From assembly GCA_963675495.1 (NCBI GenBank), contig OY776215.1, positions 2,810,009-2,874,008 of the forward strand: a stretch of DNA of 64,000 nt, in the 5' to 3' direction. A program made the position numbers and the translations under genes. The DNA is from an uncultured Methanolobus sp. (GTDB lineage: Archaea > Halobacteriota > Methanosarcinia > Methanosarcinales > Methanosarcinaceae). Of this stretch, positions 39,857 through 48,657 are shown piece after piece. The notes below the pieces were generated by a model. That model saw nothing but the letters and a program-made list of their open reading frames with translations, searched no databases and was not told where the DNA came from. Each line of letters opens with the position of its first letter. Positions within the stretch are counted from its first letter, which is position 1.

Positions 39857-40064
39857 TTCAATCTCATTGAATATTGACCGATGTTAATTAGTCACTAACG
39901 TTACTATTCTAAAGATGGACGCTCTTGTATATATAGTTACGGTCGTGACTATTCTTAGAGGAACTTGTTACGGAAATGTAATGCTCCAGCAGTTGCGTTG
40001 AGTCACTATACAAAAAAGTAATGAAACTATGGACATCACTGGAATTGAGAAATTGTTGTGATTC
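39857..40064 (-). promoter_or_regulatory. Promoter/operator module type I, copy C (upstream of the rdhA-like gene)
   Basis: Operators TAGTCAC-TAAC-GTTACTA (39889-39906) and TAGTTAC-GGTC-GTGACTA (39934-39951), TATA at 39928-39935. Confidence 0.8.
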
Positions 40065-40072
40065 TTCAATAT

Positions 40073-40302
40073 TGCATTATTTCAACACTCTTCAAGACAG
40101 TAGCAAAAGAATGCGCCACCTACGACGGGTGCTTGCATTGCTCTTTGCTTGTCAATTATTCTGTAGTATTATCAGAAAAACAGGGCATAAGGAACTAAAT
40201 TGATAAATCAGAAGTCGTAATAATTTAAATCATCCCGGAGGGTTCCGGCGAAGCCGGCACGATCCGAAAAGATGAAAGAATAATCTGTTGCCTTTAACTC
40301 TT
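40073..40302 (+). repeat. About 230-bp non-coding repeat element (inverted copy at 47229-47456)
   Basis: Aligns by eye to the reverse complement of 47229-47456, with near-identical core AAATCATCCCGGAGGGT(T)CCGGCGAAGCCGGCAC.ATCCGAAAAGATGAAA. Confidence 0.8.
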
Positions 40303-40335
40303 TTTCTGCATACCGGTAATTAAAAACCTCGATAT

Positions 40336-40407
40336 GCACTTTGATCTGTGAGTTTTATGGCATTGTTCCAGTAATTTTTTTGCATGCTTTACATCATGCA
40401 CAGGTTC
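40336..40407 (-). pseudogene. IS5-family (DDE) transposase remnant
   Basis: Translates EPVHDVKHAKKLLEQCHKTHRSKC, resembling from memory the PVHD..HA..LL.QC segment that precedes MDKGYDS in Methanosarcinales IS5-type transposases. Confidence 0.5.
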
Positions 40408-40545
40408 ACATGTTCTCATTTAATTCAATGCTTGCCCCACTTTCCTAAATATAGCAAAAGGATCATATGAAGCAGAAAACTTCATATGAACCCGTTAATT
40501 CCTTTTAGGAGAGGAATTTAGTTTATTTCTGTTTTATTTTTAAAC

Positions 40546-41793
40546 TTATTCGTATCTTAGTGCATCCACTGGCTTCATCTTTGATGCATTATAGGCAGGG
40601 ATCACACCCGAAAGTACACCTATACCAACAGCTATGGAGATACCCATCAGCATAAGGTCAGGAGCAATAGGTAGCCCTGAAGATGAACTCACCATGGTGA
40701 TTCCAACGTATGGCAATAAAGCAGTTAATCCGAGACTCAGCACAATACCGAGCACACCTCCTACAAAGCCTACAAGTGCAGAGTTAAACAGGAATATCAT
40801 GAGAATATCAATGTTCTTAGCTCCTATGGCTTTCATGGTACCGATCTCCTTGGTCTTTTCAAGCACAGATGTGAACATGGTGTTTGCAATTCCCACCGAG
40901 CCTACAACAAGTGATACACCTGCTATAGCACCCAGGAACAGTGTCATTGATGCCAGCATCTCACTGGTGGATTCTGCCATTGACAATGAATCAGATACAG
41001 TGAAATCCCTGTCATCATCATTAACGATGTGTCTGGAGATCATAAGTTTGTCTTCGATAGCATCCACCACCTTTTCTACATTATCAGAATCGTCTGCCAA
41101 TACAACTATACTATCATAGACGTCATCCTCTGCATCATCCATAATCGCTACTGCTACATCTATTGGCATAATGATAGAATTATCACTCTCACCATCTTCC
41201 AGTACACCTACAACTCTGAAGGATTTACCTTCGATTGTTAGCAAACGGTTGGTACCTACTTCATCATCAAACATCTCATGGGCTATTTTGTAACCTATGA
41301 CCACAGCATTGTTGTCAGTGGCTTCCAGCAATCTGCCGGATTCCAGATCATACGTCACTGTATACTGCCATACCTGCGGATCCACTCCCTGTACGGTAAG
41401 ATCGGCAGTTTCACCCATAAAGTAGACATCCATACCATTATCGGATATCTTACCATATATGTAATCGATATTCTCGATCAGTTTTATTGCCATGATATCC
41501 TTATCTGTCAGTTCTGCATCAGAAGAAGATGTGGAAGAGGAATCATCTCCCCCTGAACCCGGACCCCTTTTCATTGTTGACTGAGCCGTGGTATAGCCCG
41601 GGGTGATCGTTATTGATGTAAGGTCCATATCCGCAAAACTTTCTTCAATATCCGCGGTCATGCTGTCACTGAGTGCCATGATGGTGACCACAGAACCAAC
41701 ACCGATAACAATACCTATTATAGTGAGCCAGCTTCTGATCTTACTGTGAATCAGAATATTCATAGCAAGCTTTAGATAGGTACTTCGTCTCAT
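40546..41793 (-). CDS. ABC transporter permease (MacB/FtsX type)
   Basis: RSWLTIIGIVIGV, GIANTMFTSVLEKTKEIGTMKAIGA, PAYNASKMKPVDALRYE. Confidence 0.93.
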   Translation of the reverse strand: MRRSTYLKLAMNILIHSKIRSWLTIIGIVIGVGSVVTIMALSDSMTADIEESFADMDLTSITITPGYTTAQSTMKRGPGSGGDDSSSTSSSDAELTDKDIMAIKLIENIDYIYGKISDNGMDVYFMGETADLTVQGVDPQVWQYTVTYDLESGRLLEATDNNAVVIGYKIAHEMFDDEVGTNRLLTIEGKSFRVVGVLEDGESDNSIIMPIDVAVAIMDDAEDDVYDSIVVLADDSDNVEKVVDAIEDKLMISRHIVNDDDRDFTVSDSLSMAESTSEMLASMTLFLGAIAGVSLVVGSVGIANTMFTSVLEKTKEIGTMKAIGAKNIDILMIFLFNSALVGFVGGVLGIVLSLGLTALLPYVGITMVSSSSGLPIAPDLMLMGISIAVGIGVLSGVIPAYNASKMKPVDALRYE

Positions 41794-43175
41794 TATTTGT
41801 CCTTCTTCAACATCTTACTTTTAAGATTATTCAACTCGGTACCCAGAGGTACATATGTACCTTCCTTTTGCATCTTCTTCTTCCTGTAATTGTATCCTAC
41901 AACTGCGATCACCAGAATGACAGCGCCGTACAGGTAGTAATTGTTACTGTTTGATTGGTTTTGTCCAGAGCCCATGCCTGCTTCCATGTTTCCGCCTGTC
42001 AGTTCTTCTACCTGAACTGCTTTATCTACTGAGTGCCTCTGACCTGCAGAATCGGTGTATTCGATAGTCACAAGAAGTTCATTCTTTGATTCAATTTCTT
42101 CCTGCACGGATGCCTTTTCTTCATCTGTCATCTCTGAGGCACCCTGAAGTGCCTGAGCTGTTCCAGAAGAGGATTCATCTGTAGAAGAAATTGAGCTGGC
42201 CTGGGATATTGAGAATGATGTTATAGTATAGTCGCCCTTCTCGAGGTTACCGACTATCGTAGATGTACTTCCTGTAGCCTGGAAATTGTCCTGATCAGGT
42301 ATTGATACCTTCACGGAGTAAGCCTCATTGTTACCTACATTTGCAAGGGACAGGGAAACCTCTCCTTCATCACTCTCGGAGTAACTCAGGTCAAAGTCAG
42401 TGCTTCCTCCTACGAACAATCCCGCCTTAGTTTCGATTGTGCTGGTGCTGGATTCGTAATCCTCAAATTCCAGGGTAATATCAAGCTGGTAAAGACCAGG
42501 ATCTGCATCCACATCGGCCATTACGGAATATACTACCGTGATGGATTCGTCCACATCAAGATTACTTATGTATTTGGTGTTGGAGGAATATACCGGCAGG
42601 ACCACACCTGTGGATTCTTCCCATGAGACTTCCATATTCTGGAGTGCAGATGATCCTGTGTTGGTTATGACAAACTCCAGGGGTTCCACAGTTGCAACAT
42701 CAATGCTTGATTCGCTGATCGTTACGATCTGTGCGTATTCTTTGCCCCGTACTTCAACTTCAAGGGTTGTAACAGATTTAGATTCGGATTCACTATCGCT
42801 TACAATTATATCTGCATCATAAGTACCATCGGAAACATCAGAATCTACCTTTAGTTTGAATTTTATGAACGTTGCATCTTCCTCATCCTGACGGGCTTCA
42901 AGGAAAGAAACTGTCTGGCTCAGGGATTCACCGTCCACCTGTGAAAAAGGATAGTCAGCATCCACGCTGATTTTTACATTGGAGAGATCATTGCTTCCCT
43001 CGTTCTGGAGACTGACAGTCAGTTCCACTGTTTCACCCGGTCTTGCAGGATACGGACTCTGGGTCAAAAGATCCACCTTCACGCCTGATACATCGGCATT
43101 AAGACCTGCTGCAGCAGTACTTATTGGCAGGATCAATATTAACATCAATAAAATAATTTTTCTCATTATCATCAC
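41793..43175 (-). CDS. COG1361 S-layer-family surface protein
   Basis: Signal peptide, QSPYPARPGE, NVGNNEAYSV, C-terminal TM plus basic tail; usual position between ABC ATPase and permease. Confidence 0.85.
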   Translation of the reverse strand: MMIMRKIILLMLILILPISTAAAGLNADVSGVKVDLLTQSPYPARPGETVELTVSLQNEGSNDLSNVKISVDADYPFSQVDGESLSQTVSFLEARQDEEDATFIKFKLKVDSDVSDGTYDADIIVSDSESESKSVTTLEVEVRGKEYAQIVTISESSIDVATVEPLEFVITNTGSSALQNMEVSWEESTGVVLPVYSSNTKYISNLDVDESITVVYSVMADVDADPGLYQLDITLEFEDYESSTSTIETKAGLFVGGSTDFDLSYSESDEGEVSLSLANVGNNEAYSVKVSIPDQDNFQATGSTSTIVGNLEKGDYTITSFSISQASSISSTDESSSGTAQALQGASEMTDEEKASVQEEIESKNELLVTIEYTDSAGQRHSVDKAVQVEELTGGNMEAGMGSGQNQSNSNNYYLYGAVILVIAVVGYNYRKKKMQKEGTYVPLGTELNNLKSKMLKKDK

Positions 43176-43921
43176 ATCGCTTCGCGCTTTTTTATCTCTA
43201 TATTATCTACCATTCCGTCTTTGATATGGACCACACGATCTGCATATTTTGCAAGATCCGGGTCGTGAGTTATCATTATGATTGTCTTACCTTCATTTTT
43301 GTGAAGGTCACTTAAAAATTCAAGAATATAATTTCCTGTTTCACTGTCCAGGTTCCCGGTCGGCTCGTCTGCAAGGATGACTTTAGGATCAACTGCCAAT
43401 GACCTTGCAATCGCAACTCTTTGCCTCTGGCCTCCTGATAACTGGGAGGGAAGATTGTACTTTTTATCAGAGAGCGTGACTATATCAAGAAGATGTTCTG
43501 CTCTCTTCCATGAATAATCAGGATCTGCTTCCTGGAAATCAAGAGGAAGCATTACATTTTCGATCGTGTTTAAAGTTGGTATCAAATTAAATTGCTGGAA
43601 AATAAAACCTATAAGCTGCCCTCTTATCTGAGCGAGCTCCGATTCTGGCATTTTTGAAATATCCTTATTATTTAACTCTACAGTTCCCTTACTTGGAATA
43701 TCCAGACATCCCAGAAGATTCATCATTGTACTCTTACCGCTTCCACTGGGCCCAAGTATAACAACAAACTCACCGTGAAGAATCTCCAGATCGACACTCT
43801 TCAAAGCTGCAAACTCAACTTCTCCCATTTTGTAGATCTTCCACACATCAGTGAGACGCATGAGAGTTTCGGGATTGTCACCTGGAGACTTGTTTTCCAC
43901 ATTTGTTAGATTCTCGTCCAT
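43172..43921 (-). CDS. ABC transporter ATP-binding protein (LolD/MacB type)
   Basis: GPSGSGKST, GFIFQQFNL, LSGGQRQRVAIAR, ADEPTGNLD. Confidence 0.95.
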   Translation of the reverse strand: MDENLTNVENKSPGDNPETLMRLTDVWKIYKMGEVEFAALKSVDLEILHGEFVVILGPSGSGKSTMMNLLGCLDIPSKGTVELNNKDISKMPESELAQIRGQLIGFIFQQFNLIPTLNTIENVMLPLDFQEADPDYSWKRAEHLLDIVTLSDKKYNLPSQLSGGQRQRVAIARSLAVDPKVILADEPTGNLDSETGNYILEFLSDLHKNEGKTIIMITHDPDLAKYADRVVHIKDGMVDNIEIKKREAM

Positions 43922-44030
43922 AATTCCCCGCTTTTTTGTTGTATAATTTTGAATTTTGCTTTATTTCCGCTTACTTCATTCCCATGATCCACGTTTTTGA
44001 TATCAGTATTATTCAGCTCATTTACATTGA

Positions 44031-44241
44031 TTCAATCTCACTGAATATTGATCGAGGGCAAATTAGTAACAAATGTTACTATCTATATGATACACGTTCT
44101 TCTATATATAGTTACGGTCGTGACCATTTTTTGAGAATTTTGCTACGGAAACGTAAGGGTTATAGCAGTTTCGTTGAGCATGCTATACAAAAATATTATG
44201 AAAATGATAGAATCACTGTAATTAAGAAATTGTTGTGATTC
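44031..44241 (-). promoter_or_regulatory. Promoter/operator module type I, copy B (upstream of the ABC operon)
   Basis: Perfect palindrome TAGTAAC-AAAT-GTTACTA (44064-44081) and TAGTTAC-GGTC-GTGACCA (44109-44126), TATA at 44103-44110. Confidence 0.8.
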
Positions 44242-44266
44242 CGGGTTTTCTGATTAAACACTAAAC

Positions 44267-44761
44267 TTAGTTCTGATCATGAGGAACAGATGTTTCATCC
44301 ACATCGAGGTTTATTTCGGAATAAATAGGATCACATGCATTTTTAAGCAGTAGTTTTAAATTTTCCATTTCCTCTCCGCTGAAATTTGAAAATATCATGT
44401 TGTCCCAATCAGCAAGTTTTTGCCAGATCGTTTCCTGTATGGCTTTTCCTTTTTCAGTCAGGTAAATTTTGTAAGCCCTTCTGTCATTTTCATCCCGCTT
44501 CCTGAATATATATCCTTCAGATTCCAGTTTTTTAATTGCACGCATGCTTGTCGTTTTGCTGACCGTGAGAATCTTTGCAAGATTTTCCTGAGATACTCCT
44601 TCCTTCCCATAATAAAGCATCATCAAAAAATCATAATCTCCCCATCCAAATCCATAAGGTTTTAGTTCTCTGGACATGTATGCGATCTTGCTTCTGGAAA
44701 GCATTGTTATAGGGCCTGCAATTTCCATGGGGCTATATTGTGACTCTCGTTCTTCCATCAT
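44267..44761 (-). CDS. MarR family transcriptional regulator (copy 1)
   Basis: GVSQENLAK.L.VSKTT..RAIKKLESEGYI.RKRDENDRRAYKIYLTEKG. Confidence 0.92.
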   Translation of the reverse strand: MMEERESQYSPMEIAGPITMLSRSKIAYMSRELKPYGFGWGDYDFLMMLYYGKEGVSQENLAKILTVSKTTSMRAIKKLESEGYIFRKRDENDRRAYKIYLTEKGKAIQETIWQKLADWDNMIFSNFSGEEMENLKLLLKNACDPIYSEINLDVDETSVPHDQN

Positions 44762-44811
44762 TGTTCTTCCTAAAAATCCAGATTCAAGATTTAATCATGT
44801 ACTAACGGAAA

Positions 44812-44943
44812 TTACAAAATAAAAAAACCGGCCAGGGCTATTACTGCTCCCATAATTGCCAGCATAGTATACTTCTTATTTTTAGCTGTGGAACATTTAT
44901 TTGGGCATGTTCTGCATTGTTTGTTACATTGAACATTTGACAT
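44812..44943 (-). CDS. 43-aa Cys-rich membrane-anchored peptide (not in ORF track)
   Basis: MSNVQCNKQCRTCPNKCSTAKNKKYTMLAIMGAVIALAGFFIL*, with strong RBS CGGAGG. Confidence 0.65.
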   Translation of the reverse strand: MSNVQCNKQCRTCPNKCSTAKNKKYTMLAIMGAVIALAGFFIL

Positions 44944-45033
44944 TTTAATCCTCCGTATGATCTATTAATGAGTTTTCTTCTTTGTTACCTAATTCTGGTT
45001 ACTTCATTCCCATGGAGTTAGTTTTTAATGTTT

Positions 45034-45582
45034 TCATAGGTTTTTGCCTATCTGCTTTGCAGTCTTTAATATGTCTTTCTGGGAAAGGATGTCTGATTTT
45101 TCTGCTGTTCCAGCTGCTACGATAGTCTTCTCCACGTTAAAAGCAAGGAAACTGAACTTCTTCGCAAGGTAGTCGAAATAGAAATTAAACATCTCAGCAT
45201 TAGGGTTTCCCTGGGTAAATGCAAGAATAAGCTTTTTTTCCCCATTCAGTCTGGTGCTGAAATCTGGTTTTATGAAAGGATACAGTCTGTCAACAAATGC
45301 CTTTGTCTGTGCAGTCATCTCCCACATGTATATTGGTGATCCAAGCACAATAGCATCTGAGCCTTGTATTTCAGCATAGAGTTTCTGCATGTCATCATCC
45401 AGTATGCATATACCATCCTTTTTGCAGGTCTTACAGCCTTTGCAGGGTGCAATATCCATATCTGCCAGATTGAACATCTGTGTATCTGCACCATTATCGG
45501 ATGCACCTGATATAATTTCGTTCACAAGTTTAGCTGTGTTTCCATTTACACGTGGGCTTCCATTGAGTCCAATTATCTTCAT
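45034..45582 (-). CDS. Iron-sulfur flavoprotein (flavodoxin family), paralog of 34932
   Basis: GSPRVNGNT, CKGCKTC....C..DDM, GSPIY, FVDR. Confidence 0.9.
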   Translation of the reverse strand: MKIIGLNGSPRVNGNTAKLVNEIISGASDNGADTQMFNLADMDIAPCKGCKTCKKDGICILDDDMQKLYAEIQGSDAIVLGSPIYMWEMTAQTKAFVDRLYPFIKPDFSTRLNGEKKLILAFTQGNPNAEMFNFYFDYLAKKFSFLAFNVEKTIVAAGTAEKSDILSQKDILKTAKQIGKNL

Positions 45583-45655
45583 TGTTATAAATCTCCTAAT
45601 TGTCTAAGCAGAATGGTTGCTGGAGCAACCTTTCTTTATTCTGTGTAAAATAATA

Positions 45656-45696
45656 AATACTCAGAAAGAGCCGGTTAAAACTTCTTTCTGAGTGTT
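45656..45696 (-). terminator. Hairpin after the OsmC-like lipoprotein gene
   Basis: ACTCAGAAAGA ... TCTTTCTGAGT inverted repeat. Confidence 0.5.
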
Positions 45697-45717
45697 GTTT
45701 GTATTTCTGTTGGAATA

Positions 45718-47049
45718 TTAATCGACGATGTTTCCGTTCAGGTAAATATTTGATTCGACCTCAGTTTCATTGAGGAAGGCTTCTCCTGCAAAACAGCATC
45801 TAACAGATTGGACAAAGAATTGGTTCAGATCTTCTTCATCTGCCTGACTGTTGACAATGACTTTTGAAATGACCGTGTCAGCATAGCCTGACATGTCTGT
45901 AGTCATGTAATCTTCCTGCCTGTAGTCGATCTGCTGTTCAACACGGTAGTCGTCGATAACAACATCTCCGAAATACATGTCGTTAACAGTAAGCTGGCTC
46001 ATCAGACAAAAGGTCGTTCCCGCCGTCAGATAATCCAGTGAGCTAGGTGCTTTATCCAGGCCTTCGTATCCGTAGCTGTCATCAACATAGAGATCCCAAG
46101 CTGCATAATTCTCCTGAAGAGCTCTCACATTGACTGTTTGCAGATATGGTCTTTCTGGATTATCAGCTGATTCAGAAATTGCAACCACAACAAACTCGAC
46201 AGGATTAGACATTCCGCTCATTTCAAGATCCTCTCCAATTCCAATTGTTTCAAATTCGGGCAGAACTGATTTTTGGCTCAGGGTCAGGTCGTTGTCAACG
46301 GATACATCATCAGGAACACTACCGCTTCTAGCATAGTGTGCATCCCAATGCTCTCCATTGATGAGAAGTTCCGGGAATACATCTGTTTTGTTTGCCATTC
46401 CTTCTCCTGCACTCCATGAACTGATTGCCAGTTCTTTGAGTTCTGCGATCTTTTCAGGTGATTCATCGCTTTCGATAATGATATTTGTAACAATTTTATC
46501 GGTATAACCGGACCACTGATCTGTCATTGGGTCTTCGTATCTGAAGTAGATTTTCGTTTCGACTTTCACATCATCAACATCCAGTTCCATAACCTCGATA
46601 CCACGCTGCACCTGGGTCATAAGATTGGATGAAACACCGACTGTCAAATAGCTCAATGGATTTGGGGAAGACTGCTCGTATGTATCTCCACCCTCATCAC
46701 TGAGAAGCTGCCAGGAGCTGAAAGCGTCTTCACCGACTGGCTGCACCGTTCCTTTCTTCAGCATGGTGGAGTTGTTGTTCAGAACCCTTTCTGTTGCGAC
46801 TGCAATATTTTCATTCAAAGAACCTTCTATATCTTCGGCTTCTGTTTTCTCAAATCCGGTAGGATCCGGACTGTCTTCCATCCTGGTTACAACCTGGTAT
46901 TCAGTAGAAGCCAGATTCTGCTGGGTTTCGGTTTCAACTGAACTTTGTTGGATTTCAGTTTCTTCATTATTGGATGTTGTAGTACATCCGGATACCAGCA
47001 AAACTGCTAGAATTGCCAGTACTGATATGATGGCTATATTTCTCTTCAT
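45718..47049 (-). CDS. Lipoprotein with two tandem OsmC/Ohr-like domains
   Basis: LLVSGC lipobox. Domain 1: SDEGG..SPNPLSYLTVGVSSNLMTQ. Domain 2: DDSYG..KAPSSLDYLTAGTTFCLMSQ...RCCFAG. Confidence 0.7.
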   Translation of the reverse strand: MKRNIAIISVLAILAVLLVSGCTTTSNNEETEIQQSSVETETQQNLASTEYQVVTRMEDSPDPTGFEKTEAEDIEGSLNENIAVATERVLNNNSTMLKKGTVQPVGEDAFSSWQLLSDEGGDTYEQSSPNPLSYLTVGVSSNLMTQVQRGIEVMELDVDDVKVETKIYFRYEDPMTDQWSGYTDKIVTNIIIESDESPEKIAELKELAISSWSAGEGMANKTDVFPELLINGEHWDAHYARSGSVPDDVSVDNDLTLSQKSVLPEFETIGIGEDLEMSGMSNPVEFVVVAISESADNPERPYLQTVNVRALQENYAAWDLYVDDSYGYEGLDKAPSSLDYLTAGTTFCLMSQLTVNDMYFGDVVIDDYRVEQQIDYRQEDYMTTDMSGYADTVISKVIVNSQADEEDLNQFFVQSVRCCFAGEAFLNETEVESNIYLNGNIVD

Positions 47050-47094
47050 TTTGATTCCTTCTATTTTTCTTGAATTTCTTTGTTATATCAGCAA

Positions 47095-47229
47095 TCGTCA
47101 CGAACGTTACTATGTGATGGGATGCGGTTATTTTATATATAGTTACTGCCGTTACTATTTTTAAAAAATGTGCTACGGAGTTAGAACGAATCCAGTAGCT
47201 GTTTTGAGTTAGTTATACAAAAAAAGTAA
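47095..47229 (-). promoter_or_regulatory. Promoter/operator module type I, copy A (upstream of the OsmC-like lipoprotein), interrupted distally by a repeat element
   Basis: TCGTCAC-GAAC-GTTACTA (47095-47112) and TAGTTAC-TGCC-GTTACTA (47140-47157). The module resumes at about 47511 (ATCACTGGAATTAAGAAATTGTTGTG). Confidence 0.8.
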
Positions 47230-47510
47230 GAGTTGAAGACAACAAATTATTTTTCATCTTTTCGGATTGTGCCGGCTTCGCCGGACCCTCCGGGATGATT
47301 TAAGTTATTCACAACTTTCGATTGATTTAACTTTATTCCCCACGTCCCTGTTTCTGATAGCCCGACAAAATAATTAACAAACAAAGAACAATGCAACCAT
47401 CCGCCGTAGGCTGCACGTTCCTTTATTACCATCCTAAAGACTACTGAAATAATGCAGTCATTAAAATTACTAAATCCAAAGTTTTGATTTGCAGGATTTC
47501 GACAGAGTCG
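47230..47510 (-). mobile_element. About 280-bp non-autonomous insertion (MITE or IS remnant)
   Basis: Absent from module copies B and C at the homologous point, homologous to 40073-40302, ends in GGATTTCGACAGAGTC (possible IS terminus). Confidence 0.6.
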
Positions 47511-47597
47511 ATATCACTGGAATTAAGAAATTGTTGTGGACCCTGTTTTTCTAATCAAACACTAAATTTAGTTCTGGTTATTATTAGAAATAGACAC

Positions 47598-48071
47598 TTA
47601 ACCTACATCAAGACCAATTTCAGAATAAATGGGGCCGCATGCCTTATTAAGTAGTAATTGTAAACTTTTCCGATCCTCAGTGCTGAAATCTGAAAATATC
47701 ATTTCGTCCCAATCAGCAAGTTTTTGCCAGATCGTTTCCTGTATGGCTTTTCCTTTTTCAGTCAGGTAAATTTTGTACGCCCTTCTGTCGTTTTCATCCC
47801 GCTTCCTGAACACATATCCTTCAGATTCCAGTTTTTTAATTGCACGCATACTTGTCGTTTTGCTGACGGTAAGGGATTTTGCAAGATCTTCCTGAGAGAC
47901 ACCTTCTTTCCTGTAATAAAGTATCATTAAAAAATCATAATCTCCCCATCCAAATCCATAGGCTTTCAATTCTCTGGACATGTATGCAATTTTACTTCTG
48001 GAAAGCATTGTTATAGGACCTGCAATTTCCATAGGGTTATATTGTGACTCTTGTTCTTCCATCATTATCAA
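47598..48071 (-). CDS. MarR family transcriptional regulator (copy 2, near-identical to copy 1)
   Basis: Same sequence blocks as 44267-44761 at both protein and DNA level. Confidence 0.92.
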   Translation of the reverse strand: MIMMEEQESQYNPMEIAGPITMLSRSKIAYMSRELKAYGFGWGDYDFLMILYYRKEGVSQEDLAKSLTVSKTTSMRAIKKLESEGYVFRKRDENDRRAYKIYLTEKGKAIQETIWQKLADWDEMIFSDFSTEDRKSLQLLLNKACGPIYSEIGLDVG

Positions 48072-48156
48072 ATCGGAAATTTGGTATTAGTAACTTTGAT
48101 AGTTAACTTACTTAAATAGATACCTACTATTGATTTTGTGGTAATGTGGCTTATGC

Positions 48157-48347
48157 ATTTTTTCTAAATTTGTTTGGTAGAAAAGCTGTGTGTTTCAATC
48201 CGATCTTTTCTATCAAAAGACAGAATCCGTTTACTTTTTTTATATTTTTAAAAGTCATTGTTCACTGGGCTTGCCCATAAAGTATCTTATTTTGTAGGCA
48301 AATAGCCAACTTTGTAGTCAAGCGACTAACATTATAATCAACTGCCT
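48157..48347 (-). promoter_or_regulatory. Promoter module type II, copy 2 (upstream of MarR copy 2)
   Basis: Units ATTTTGTAGGCAAATAGCCA / ACTTTGTAGTCAAGCGACTA / ACATTATAATCAACTGCCT at 48289, 48309 and 48329. Confidence 0.6.
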
Positions 48348-48657
48348 TTCTGAAAAGAATTGTTGGTAATTTCTATGATGTGCCTGTAAGGCAGTGTTTA
48401 GAGGGCATAAGTGGGTAAAGATAAGTTTTGCATGCCTAATCCTCACATCTTACGGGAACTAACATCAGATAAATAGTATCATGGGTTTGATACATATTTA
48501 TCATTTTTATTCATAATCACAAGCATCATCATTTAAAAAATATATAGTAATATATCTTAAAGAATATGGATAATAAGTGAGTTTTAGAACATGAGATATA
48601 CTAGGACATCGGATGTTCTTATTATCAACTAGAAAAATTGATAAAAGGTGGTACAAT

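Noticed and set aside
40021-47432. Track ORFs 40021-40203, 43936-44238 and 47247-47432
   Set aside because: They lie in repeated non-coding modules, and their frames are not conserved between homologous copies.
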